A stretch of 64,000 bases of DNA from Klebsormidium nitens (lineage: Eukaryota > Plantae > Klebsormidiophyceae). Position numbers and translations under genes: made by a program. Under the pieces are notes generated by a model, which saw only the letters and a program-made list of their open reading frames with translations, did not search any database and had not been told where the DNA came from. The stretch spans positions 1 through 64,000 of the forward strand of contig DF237398.1 in assembly GCA_000708835.1 (NCBI GenBank). The letters are read 5' to 3'. Positions 23,274-36,000 of the stretch are shown here, piece by piece (position 1 is the stretch's first letter; every line of letters starts with the position of its first letter).

Positions 23274-24006
23274 CTTATGCTCGAGTCCCTAATTTTGCTG
23301 TATCGATTCTTCACGGATTCGAGAATTGACCGCCCCCATGCAGCATCCAAGCAACTACACAAGCTGCGTTCTTCGTCGACGAGTCACCGATTTGCCGCAA
23401 GCTGAAGCGTGCCCTCAGTCGTTGGATCGACATAGAGCTGATATCGGACGGTTTCAAGCACCTCCGAATGTATCAGCGCGCGCGATGAATGCTAGCTAGT
23501 GGACCCCCGCTTAGATCATGCATTATGTGCATTTTGCTATATAGCCTTAGGTATGCTACAGCCTCAGGAAGCGCACTGATACTGGAAGTTAGTGCATGGT
23601 GCCAAAATCGGATGATGCACCGGCCTGCTCAAAGACCGATGTGCAGGCTCACGCCTGTGCAGGAATGCCCGCCGACCTTTACGTTTCACGTGACCACGAA
23701 CCGCAGTCCTGAGCACAATTGTGTGCCAGAAAGCCTAGGCAAGCAAGGCTGGGCAGCAGAGTCCAGGCGCTAGGTTTCATGGTGGCCAAGTACGGAGCTC
23801 AGCTTGAGAGCTCATTTCTGTGGAAGCTTGAAGTTGGAGTCTGATGTTAAGTCCAGGAGAACAACCTTAGAGTCGCTGCCAGCTGGCAAACCTAGGGAAA
23901 TTCCTAGTGATTGCTCAGCTGCACAGTATGCCGTCAACAGTGCTCTGATCGCCCTTAACAGATTTATTTCCTTCAGCTCCAATATTCACCTTCGAGAGTC
24001 AGCAAA

Positions 24007-27000
24007 ATGGTCGTCATTCTGGTGACCCCAGGCCAGGCCCGCATGTCAGAAGCCTCGGACGGCACTGCAAAGCGGCGGTCCAGCCGCCACCCCAGCTCGG
24101 ACGCCACACTCGCGGACGTCCGGTGCCGCTTCTGGGTCCGGAAGAAACTCGCGCTGATCTCAGCAGAGGCGCTGTGGCGCGACGAGGAGCACGGCCCGGT
24201 GGTTGATGAGCTCATAAGAAGCTCGGGAAGGTTCTTCGCATTTGTTGATGGACAAGGCGCTTTGCGGTGCCAGCTGGAGCCACCTGGTGCATTTTCAGAG
24301 ATGCTGTATTTGGTACGGGAAGGCGCGGGCGAGGTGGCGCATGAGAAGCTGGACGCGCTTGTGCAGTGTGGGGTCATCAGGGGGGACCCGATGGAGTCGC
24401 TTCTGAGCGCAATGCAGGTGCGGGGGCCGAACTGTAGGTTGTGCCTTGGCGCCGGCTGTGACGCTCAGCTTGTGCGCACGCATGAGCACACAGTTGCTGG
24501 CTTGACCACCCCAAACATCAGAAATGCTTTGCTGAACTATATTGACTGTACCTTGGAAAGCAACAATTGTGCATGGCGCCATGGCATTGTGTTACTTTGA
24601 TCGAGCATTTGACTTCTAAAGACCCAAACAACTGTGATGGAGCCAGGCAAGGGGCTCAGACTTTCTGCACCCATCGTATTTATTTGCAGAGCTTGTATGT
24701 GCCCAATCTGCTGGGGAACAAGAGCTGGCCCGACAGTCTCATGAAGGAGTTCTCCAGCCAGCTACACAAGTTCATGGCCACCCTGACCGACGCCCACTTC
24801 CAGGTAGATGCTCGCTACCGCCCATGCTGATGCATATGGAAGATCATTAGATTCAAGCAGCGCATGCTTTCCGCTGGCATGGCACTGTTTGTATGCTAAA
24901 CTCTGCACAATCAGAGATGCATACTGAATGCAGGGCAGTGATTACAGCGGGTAGTTGCAGACGGATTGACAAAGCAGGAGCACTGCATATGCCCGCTTAT
25001 GAAACCACCAACAAAACGATCAGGAATGCTGAGCTTTTCATTGGCGAGTCGGGATTTTCACAATGCCCTTTCGTCCTCCGTTTGACTCTCCCCAACAAGC
25101 CTAGTTAGCAGCTTTCTCGGCAAGCGCTGGGCTTGCGCCAACCCCCTTCTTGCTTAAACAGCGCGCAGAGCACCTTTCAGAAAATGCAGAGAACCTACAG
25201 TAGTCTCATGTGGTTGTGTGGAAGGTTCAGGACTGATCACCCTTTTTGAATTGTGATTTTTGGAGAACCCAGATCCCGGTGTAATTACTGCACGATAGAA
25301 GGATATCGCCTTTCCAAAGATGTAACAAGTGGCAGCGCGGTATAACAAGCTTCCAACCACCCTCTCCCCCGTACCTTCGTTTTGCAGGCCAAGGGCAAGA
25401 CCGTGTTGTACATCCCCACCCGGGGCAAGCTCCCGGGTCCCGGACAGGAGTACACCGACGCGGACGCTAAGGACAAGGACCTCGTCCAGCAACTAGAGTC
25501 GACACTGATCCACTGGACGCGCCAGATCAAAGAGGTGGGCGGGCCCCTCTTCTGTCCGCTCTAGTTTCTTCTCTATAGCGCAGGCTTTGTGGGACTGTGC
25601 GCTCACGTGAAAGCTTCATGACAGCCTCTCGGATAGGACAATCACAGGCGGTCCGAAACTGGCATTGTGAGTGGGCTTTGCACCAGGCATGTGGTGTCTT
25701 TATCGAGTACGGATGCGGAGAAGCAGCAGCAAGCCTTTTCAAGATTTTTAAAGCATGCACGTTCGACCAATCGAGGGTGCTGCCGTTCAGAAGGGCGGAT
25801 TGTGAACCTGGATGGGAATCCTTTTTGAACAGGTGGTAAACAACCAGGACAATTCCGAGATTGGGGAGGACGCGGGGCCGCTCGCAGAGATCGAGTTCTG
25901 GCGCAGCCGCAGCATAGACCTCAGCGGAATCCGTGCACAGCTGGACCAGAAGGTGAGTACCCGGTTGCGTGATGCCTTCTAATTTGCAGGGGTTTCAGCG
26001 TTAAGGATCTTCTTAACTCGTGAAGTTTACTCTTGACTGTGTTTTTTAGCTGCTTGCTGGACGAACACCAGGGCATGAGAGCAGCCCATGTTGCAGGCAG
26101 CTCTTCGGAAGGCAGGTGGAATCACTCGCGGACATTTCCATCGTTCGGGATCAATCCACCATCAGACGTTGTTGTAAGTATGTCTCTCGTTGTGCTTCCT
26201 GACAGACCCTCGTTTTCAAGCCTTGTAAATGGTGGCTCGATTCCATCAACCCAAGGGAGTGTCGCGCCTGATCTCTGACTGTTGTGCTCATTTTAAACTC
26301 GTAGGGCATTCTCTAGGAGCACCTGTCTGAGACCGTACCCCTGATGTCGATGTTAAGAAATCCCCTACACTGAGTCAGTCCCCGGAAACACCTTAGCTCC
26401 TTTCACATCAATTCCCCACCCCTCCAACGCCCATGAAATCCTAGCCCTTGAACCTGATTACTCCCCTGACCCGCCATGCCCTGACGTTTGATATCCAAAC
26501 CTCCGCAGGGCAATCTCTCAGTTGTGGGCATCCTTAAGCAAGCTCGAAGCAACTAATCTAGGCCCGTGCTCAAATCCTTGAGCCTAAAAACTCTCTAAAT
26601 CCCAACCTCTCACTTTCTCATACCCTCAGAACTCTCACACTTTTTGCAGGGCGTTCTCTCGATCGTGGGCATCCTCGAGCAAGCAAAGAGCAGCTATCTA
26701 GGCCCCTATCTCAACCTGTCCGCGCTGATCCAACGAGAAGCGATTGCGGCCGAAGACAACCTCAAGTTTCTCCAGTGCCTGGAAGAGCCGTGCAAGCTGC
26801 TTGCGAAAGCGGCCCCCCGGGACATCCCCGCCCTCATGCCCCGGTTGCTGAACACAATCAGAATGATCTGGAACGTCAGCCGGTTCTACAATACCCCGGA
26901 GAAGGTCATGGGACTGCTGCGCAAGGTGAGGGGTGTGCAGCGGAGAAGTTCTGCTTTTGCCGGAAATTCTGGATGAGCAAAAAGAAGACAGGACGATAAG

Positions 27001-30000
27001 GACTAATGACGGGCATCAAAAAAGTGTTCGTGCCCTTCAGACAAGGCCTCGAGTTTCAAAGAGGATCCGCAAATCCGTAGTAGAAGCTTGCTGAAACTCT
27101 TGATCACCGACTAGAAACACGTTATGTGTTAGTCCCCGTCCTGAACATTGTCTAATCTCCTTAAGATAACTATGGTTAACAAGAAGGATGGACGGGAAAC
27201 GCGGATTGAACCCTCCCGGCTTTGAAACGAGGATTGACGGTGCGGATCGGTCTGATCGAAGCGTCTATTCCCGAGACTTGGCTTGTTCGCAAATGGGCGC
27301 GCACGGGTCACGTTTCCTCTCTTTTTATTGAGGACTCCGAAGCAACTAGACACCTTTTCTTCGCTGCAGGTCAGCAACGAGATCATCGCACGCTGCTGCT
27401 TCACCATTTCCCTCAAAACCCTCTTCGACGGCGGCGTCGACACGTGCCGCGCCGCGCTCCAGGAAAGCATCGCGGCCGGCGAAGCCTGGAAGCGCGCCTT
27501 CCAAACCACCCAAACCCTGATCGCGGCCGCCGTCGCGACCGCCCGCGCGGGGCCATCCCTAGCCGCGCGCGCGCCGATTGCTGGGACGCCGAAGTCGACA
27601 ATCTCCATGGCGGGTTTCGGCGCGCCGTCGCCGAACGGCGCGGCCGCGGCCGCGGCGCTCCAGCCGTGGGACTTCGAGACGAGCGGAATCTTTGCGCACG
27701 TGGACGCGTTTATGCAGCGGTGCCGCGACCTGTTGGAGGTGTGCGACGCGCAGGCGCAGTTTGCGGGGCGGGTGGAGATGCCCGCGTTCGGCGGCACGCG
27801 CGGGCCCGAGATCAGCAAGAGCCTCGTCGACATCCAGGTGGGGGTTTTCAAGTCTCGCGGCATTTTGACAATTGATTTACTTAGTGGCATGGTTTACCAG
27901 CTGAAACTCGGGCTCCGCGTATGTAAGTGGTTCAGACATGTTGAGATTCTGGAGGCCTTGAATCATGTGGAGGTTCCTTTCGCCCCCTAACGTGCGACTG
28001 CCAGGAATGCTTGCGGGATGAACATGTTTTCGATATGCTCCTGCTGGTCGATCTCGAAAGGGTATGCATGCGAACCATTTTGACTTTCTGATTGTTAGCC
28101 GAATTGCGGCAATCCTCGCAACGGCTTTGACGAAAGCGATGGGCGCGGAAGCACTACTTAAGCACTAACATAAGGAGCTTGGACTTCGTCCTACAAAGTA
28201 GCTGCACTTCGCGTTTGCCGTTCACAACACCCAGCACCAAACAACTGCACCTACTCTGTCGCGAACCAGTATCCGAAGGCCCTGTAAATCCAATTTCCAC
28301 GCAACTCCCCGCTTTCAGGCCGCGTTCCAGAAGCTGATTGCCAACCTACGAGGCCTGGATTACAACATCCTGGACGTCAAAGTGACGCGCTGGCACGACG
28401 ACTTCAACGCTTTCAAGGGCGCCGTCAAGGACTTGGAGGTGTTGATGCAAAACGTGATAAACCTCGCGTTCGAGAGCGCGGGGTCGCTGGGCGCGGCCGC
28501 GGAGGCGCTCGACGCGTTCCAAACCCTGGCGAAGCGCGACGCGATCGTCAAGTGCGTGGAGCGCAAGACGAGCGAGGTGAGGCGCGCGCGGCGCTCGAAG
28601 AGTTTCGGGGTTTGAAATCTTGCCAGGAGCGGCAACGAGTTGGACTCCTGGAAGTCGTATCAGATATGGCGCGGGAGAAGCTGCGACTGAAGTTTTTTGG
28701 CCGAGCGAGAGAATCGTTTTTCTTGTGATACAACTCCGTAGAAGAGAAGGCGCTTTGACAAGGATCGGCTGCTGTACATTCTCCTCGTTCTTCGAAAAGT
28801 TGCCAGTTATCAGGACTTGCTCCGACTCCGACATCTTCAGTCAGCCGCATAGTCTGACGTTCTGAATATGTTGCTTCGCCAGGTGTACACTGCCTTTCTT
28901 TCCGAGCTGTCCCTCGTGAAGAAGCAGTTCGACCAGCTCCGCCGCAAACCTCCCGTCGACAAAACCCTGCCGCGCTACGCGGGCGCGGCCATGTGGGCGC
29001 TCGGCCTCCAGCGGCGAATCGCGCGCCCGATGGCGCACTTGAACGAGATTGCGCCCCTGCTCGCGCGCGCGCCCGAGCTCGCGGAGCTCCAGACCCAGCA
29101 AGGCCAGGTCGTGGCGGCCATCGAGCAGGTGCGGTTCGGTAAATGGTCGCCGGTTAAATGCATTTAAGACGAGTATGTACTCGTTGGACACCTCTTAATA
29201 TTTCTTTTTTCGCCCTATCTCCTCAAAACTTGCATGCGGAGATCCAGATCTAGTGCTTAGGATCGGGCGTCAGAAGCGTGGCTGAATATTCAAAAGGGTC
29301 CCGCTAATGTGGACCTCGTCGCTCGTTTCTGCGTCGCATCCAATATCAGTACCTACAATGCGTTGCGGACTGCTGAAACAAATTACCTCAGAGACCCTGA
29401 ACCCTGCCAATTCAGCATCTGACATACGTCTCCGGAAGGCCCTGTTTCTGACGCCATCGTTCCCGTGCGCAGTTCATCAAGAACCAGCACCTGGAGTGGT
29501 TCAACCAGGTGGGCCCCGAGGTGCCGAAGCGGCTGGAGAACACGCTGATCGTGCAGGACGCCGCGGACGGGGGCCTCGTCGTCAACTTCGACCGGACGCT
29601 GCTCAACCTCTTCCACGAGGTGCGGCCGCGCTCGAGCTTGGAACTTTACTTCTGTATGAGTTTCAGATGATTCTTGAACCTCAGAGTTTGTCACGAAGTT
29701 GAAGATTCAATTCTATTGCATCCCCGCATGTGTCAGGTCCGGAGCTCCTGTGGGGCGGATTGCACAGCTTCAAATGTAATCAAGGGTCAAGCTCGACGTC
29801 AATCAGCTCTCTTATGTGTTTCTGATTGTTCCTGCGAGTCTCTGATTGCCGTCTTAAACCCTTTTATCACTCTTACCCAAGGAGGACGATGCTTCATGAT
29901 GATTGATCAAGTCAAGCGTGGCTCAAAAGTAAGCGCCGTTCTGTATCTGAAGGTGCATTACTGGGAGCGGTTGGGGCTGGAGATCCCGTACGTGGCCATG

Positions 30001-33000
30001 GAGATCGCGGGGCAGCGCGAGAAGTACCGCGTGCTGCGCGAGAACGTGCTGCTCGTCGTGCGCGACTACAACAAGGTGAGCGGCACAGATTAGCGAGACG
30101 CAAACTGGCTTAACATCGTGGCAGCTATCGTCCTTTGTACAGCAGGTGATTTGTTGGGAATTTCGATCAGAACAGAGATTGCAAGCTCGGAGAAAGGTGC
30201 TACAGAGGCGCCCAGAGGTGTTACAAACAGCACGGAGGGATAACTGCTAATCAAACCCCGCCAAAAACAGTCAAAGAGCCATCCCCATATCCTCCCTCGT
30301 GCCTTTGTTGTTTCCATCTAAAAAGGAGACGGGTGAGCTGCTTTTCTATCGACGTTTGCTCAACGGCTGAGCCGCTTTGTTGTTGACGTTGGCAGATTCT
30401 GGGCATGCTCAACGGCGAGGAGAAGCGGCTGTTTGTGGACCGGATCCGGTACCTCGACAAGAAGATCAGCCCGGGGTTGAACAAGGTGCGCGCAAGGGCC
30501 ACGATTCTGACCAGATTCGAAATAGAAATGCACGTCCACATCTTCCGAAATTTCAGGAAGTTTCGACAGGCTGCGGTTCAGAAAAGTGCGCAATTCTTGG
30601 AAGGCTTCTTTGAACTTGCTCCTCAAGCCGGGAAACAGTTTTCCTGTAAGGGAGATTATAGAAGCAAGAACCAAGAAACGTTTAGGAGGAATCTGCACTG
30701 GCCGACATCCTGATGCCGCCTCCCCGTTGCGGGCACAGTACCTCACTCTTAGTCTCTGGAACCAGAACCAACTCTAGAGCGCGGCAGTCAAGGACCTCAT
30801 CTAGGAAAGCGAGGCCCCTTTTCCAAGCTTGGTCTCGTGTCCCGTTTTTGTAGCCTTTCGCTCCCCGCTCTGTAGCTGAACTGAATCGCTGCCAAGAACC
30901 ACCTGGAGTACTACGCAAAGAATGCGATGGCGCTTTCCTCGCACTTTGGAGCTAACCCCAGCCCATAAACCCAAAGCTTAACCCTGTGATTTTGCGTGCA
31001 GCTGAACTGGATCGCGGCCAAGAACCATCTGGAGTACTACGTGAAGGAGGCGCGGCGGTTCTGCGCGGAGGTGGAGGCGACGGTGGGCGAGTTCAAGGCG
31101 AGCAGCGCGCGCATCCAGCAGCTGTGCAAGGGCATCGGCGAGACGCTCGTGGTGCACGTCGAGAAGAAGAAGGTCTACGAGAGCGGCGAGTTCGAGGCCA
31201 AGCAGGTGCGCGCGCGGTCCTACTAATCTTAGTAGTTTCTTTTCGTAGGGTTTGCCAAAAGCAAAGGTTTCCGTTTGCGTCTTTGGGGCTTTGGAAGTAC
31301 TCTTATGTCGGAACTTCTGAGGAGATGAAAGTCTCTAAGTCTACGAGAGCGGCGACTCTGAGGCCAAGCAGGTGCGCGCGCGCGGTTTACGGCTGTAGCA
31401 GTCAGGTTTTACTGGGATTTCCAAACCCAGAATTTTCTCGGTCTTGTCTTTGGTCTCGACGTTTTCATGTCGAAGGCTTTGAGATATTGCCGGAAACTTT
31501 ACCTTCTTAGGCAGTCGGATCAGAACGAGGAAGAAGATCTGAAGGTGCATTCGAAGAGCTGCATTTGCCTGTCTCTTGTCTATATGTCCACTGGCCCTTT
31601 GTATGGTTGTGGCTGACATCATCGCTGACGCCTTACATCTCCTGGCTCTTACAGAAAGAGCACCGGCAGGGCGTGCGCGCGCGCTTCGAGGGCGCGATCG
31701 CGGACATCAAGCGGACGATGGAGTCGATGGCGGACGTCTTCGCGGGCGACTCCGACGACGTACACGCCGAGTGGGTCAAGTACACGCACAAGGTGGGCGT
31801 CGCGGCCGCGGGGCGGCGCGCGTGGGGTTTACGATAAGAGCAGTCGCTATGTAAACTCTTGCGGCCACTTGCTGAATCGTCCGGCAGGATCTGCAGCGGA
31901 CGTAATAGAGTACGATTGCGTTGGTCTCAGCGGCATTGGTCATTGATACCCTTACCTTCGTGTCAAGCATCGACTTTTTTCGCCAGCCTTTTGAGCCAAG
32001 CCGTTCTTCTTTCTGTGAGTTGCTTGGAAAACGGAGGTGATGTGATGCTGACGGGAGCGAAAATGTTGACCTGTAACGCACCTCAACGAGAAAGCATCGG
32101 TTCCTTCTTGGAGTCAGTCGAAAAATTTGGATCTTCACCATCTACGAACGCACTCCGGCAGACGATCTTTCTTCGCATCCAATCAAAAGGTGACACGTGT
32201 CGATTTCCGTCCAGGTGGACAAGCTGATGGAGGACGCCCTGCGGCAGACCGTCAAGCGCTCCCTCCAGGAGCTCTCTCGGGCTCTCAACGGCGACGCAAA
32301 GACTGACGTCACGCCCATTTTCAACACTCTGGTCGCCCTCGATCGGTCCACGGGGAAAGTGGAGCTGCGGCCGTCGCTGCCCGATCTAGTTGACATGATC
32401 CACGCCGTCTGCCGGGAGTCGATAACGGTCATCACCGTCATTCCGAGGCTGGCGGAACCGTTACCACAGGATCCGAATGCGGCGGACCTGAGCGGACCCG
32501 GGCCGCTGTCTAGTTTCTACGAGGTGAGAATAGGCCCCGCAATTATTCGCCAAGCTTAAGGTGAAGATTTCAAAAGTTTACGCAAGGAGGATGCTCGTCA
32601 GAATCCATCTTATCGTGCTCAGAGCTTATTTGACATTTTCCCGCTTCTCAATGCGTCGGAAACTCGTCTCGTGTTGGCCATTTGCATCCTCTCGGCTCTC
32701 CCGAAAAGTCATTTGGAAAGGTACATCATCCTTTGAGCAAAGGATGCTCCGCTTTTGAACCCAAAAAGCCTCAAGATTTGCTTTCAGAAGCGTTTTCAAC
32801 ACTATTAACGAGCTCCCCTCCGCACACCCAGACCCCGTTCATTCTGGATTTGAAAATTTATCAATGTTGAAGTCGAGATTGCTTCTCAAATCGTCAATCC
32901 CCGCCCCGCCCCGCGCAGTTGATCTCGACCGACGAGGACACGACGCTGAAAGTGATCGTGGCGATCACGTCCGGGATGTCGGGCGTGGCGGAGAAGGTGC

Positions 33001-36000
33001 AAGGGTACCTGGGGTACTGGGAGAAGAAGTACAAGCACATCTGGGAGCAGGACAAGGAGGCCTACATCCGAAGGTGGGGCCAAAATTATGCGCTGGAATT
33101 GCGACCTTTCAAGAATCTTTGAGGACTTACGTTTCAAGTCGCAATATCCTCACGTTTCTCGAAGACATATCTGTTGACTATAAATCTCGTGGAATTTAAA
33201 GCGAGGGGTGGGCTGAGGGTAACGTTGTGTTTGCTGAGTGATTGGACTAAAAAAGAAACCCTGTGTCTAAGAAACTCGGACTTGCCGTGCTTTGGAACTC
33301 GTGATAAGCTAGGGCACATTACATCGTACTCAAAACGCCGGTTGTCAGCACGCGGTAGAATCATACGATATCACACGGAATGCAACGCCTCAGTTGCGCA
33401 GAGATAACATGTTTCTTTTGCCCCGCTCTTCGCAGATACGAGAAAGCGAAGAAGCCGCTGTCGGCCTTCGAGGCAGATATCCAAAAGTACAAGGACTTGA
33501 CCGACGAAATCGCGGGGGAGGACTCGAGCGCCACCATGCGTTTCCTGCGCGTCGAATGCGGCCCGCTCAAGCAGGCGATGACGCAGCACTGCGAGCAGTG
33601 GACCTCCAAGTTCACGTGAGAAGTGCTGACCGACCTGGCAATCTTTGAAAAGCTCTTCTTCTTTTGCCACGTGCGTCAGCTCTGGTTTTGTTACGTATTC
33701 CCCGTCGAGGTCATGCCGTTTTGCAAAGTTTTCCGTACGGTTTCGAGGGTCGCCCTGCGCATATGAGGAGAAGGTCTGGTCTTCCATCGAACTCAAGGAA
33801 AATAAGAAGTCGAGATAATGATAAGGTAACCGCACTGGGACGGGTAGGGTTAATCTAGTGGTTAGAGTGAATATGGTACGGAGCCGGTATCTTTTTGGGT
33901 TAGGAATTTCAATGTTGGTCGAAATTTACTCCCATCTCGGCTTCTTATTATCGCTTTTCAGTTTCATTAGTCTTTTGCTGCTTTGAGGTGCAACACAAAG
34001 ACCAACTCTTCCTCTGCATAAAACATCAAAATACAGTAGAGCCCCTGTACTTGCTCGGTCTTCCTCTTCTTCTATAAGAAGATATCAAAATTTCTAACAA
34101 GGCCCAGACCGTGCGGGCGCGCAGGGCGCTCCTCAACTCGCTCGCGCGCGCGGAGCTGGAGTCGTTGCAGGCGTACTTCGCGGGCAACACGACAGCCCTG
34201 AGCGCGCCACCTGTCAACCTGGACGTGCTCGCGGAGAGCGTGAACCTGTGGAAGAAGCTGGTGGAGGAGCGCGCGAGCGTGGAGGCGCGCTTCGAGCCGC
34301 TGCAGGACAAATACAAGACGCTCGAAAAGTTCGAGGTGGGTTAGGGGCGGGTTTGCGCAGAACTTCGGGTGGTTAAGGCAGGATTCTGAACTGTAAAGGG
34401 GTAGTTTGGGAGCGTCCGAGTGTGCAGACGGGCTTCAAGCCGCTGCAGGACAAGTAAAAAACGCTGGAAAAGTCCGAAGCGGGTTAGAGAGGGCTTGAGA
34501 AGGGTTTGGGGCACTTATTGAACAATTTTAGGGGTTCAGGGAGGGGTTTGGGAGCAAGAGCGGGGAAGCCCGCTTTGTATCGAGAACCTCAGAAGGTTCA
34601 AGCACTCGCTCTGGAAAGGTTAAGAAAAGATATATGGGGAAGGAAAATCTTGTGAAAGTTTCAGAGGTTGCAGGGAAAGGAAAGCATATTTGCAATGACA
34701 CTAACGGCAGGACCTTGAAAGACACTCACGTGACCGTGGATCTCACATTTCCCAAAAAACCAGACGCTTGCTACAAGTAAGAGTTCCAGAACCCAAAAAC
34801 TCACTTCTTCTTTGCCTCGCAGGTCTCCCTTCCCGAGTCGGAGCTCGCGGCGCTCGCGCGCCTCCCGAGCGAGTGGGCGGCTTTCCAGGCGACCCTGCAA
34901 AGCACCGAACGGGACATCGAGGTCGCCAAGGACAACTTCCGGGAGAAGCTGGTCAAGATCGTCGACGGCTTCGTCAAGGACGTGGCCGAGGCGCGCGCGG
35001 ACTTCGGCGCGCGCCTGCCCACGTCGGCCGACGTCAGCGTGGAGGAGGCGCTGCGGTTCATCGCGGAGGAGAAGGCCAAGGTGCGCGGCTGCGGCGCGGC
35101 TCTGATAATTGCTACACTGATTCTGGGGTTATGCTTGTTATAATGTTCAGTTCAAACAGGATGTGGCGTTCAAGCTGCCACCCCTCTTAAAGTTTCCAGC
35201 TTTAGTTTCGAATGGTCATGCTGAAATGCTGAACGCTCTTACTCGTCATCGTGCTCAGATCGACGCAGCCATCATCCAATGAAATCCGCGCAACTGACTG
35301 TTTGCAGACAGCTCATTCTCTGAAGTTTGTTCCACGAGTCTTTCAATCTTCAAATTTACAGGGCTGGGTTTGGATCTCTCAACCAGGTTTGTCGCTAAAC
35401 CGACCCTCAATCCCGCAGGTTGAGGCGAACCAGCGGCGCGCCAAGGAGCTCAAGTCGGGTATGGACATTTTCGCGATCGAGCAGCCCGCGTACAAGGAGA
35501 CCGCCGCCACGCTGAAAGACCTGGAACTTCTAGAGGGCATCTGGGGCCTAAAGAAGGAGTGGCAGGACTCCTATAGCTCCTGGAAGGACGGCCAGTTTAA
35601 GGCGCTCGACGTGGCGGCCATGGAGGCGGCCGCGCAGCAGTGCAGCAAGCGAGTCACCAAGCTCGGGCGCGACATCAAAACGTGCGCTCGCGCTCCCTTG
35701 TTCTTGCTCGCAATATTGTTTCACATGTGGATCGTTTGAAACTGAAAGAATAGCCTCAGTGTGTTGAATCCGTCTTTCTTAAGGAGCACGCTCCGCTCCT
35801 CGATTGCGGTTAATTAAAGGTTTGATAGTGCAACTGAAATCTGCTGACTCGAAAACTATAGACGTTCACTTGATTTCAAGTTGAAAGCCAGGTTTCCGAG
35901 GATTCTGACCTTCACTCGGAGCGTTTGTTACGCCGACAAAGTCGCACCAGAGTCGAAAGCCTTCGCAAGAGACGCATTGGCAGCTGGGAAAAGCTGAAAG

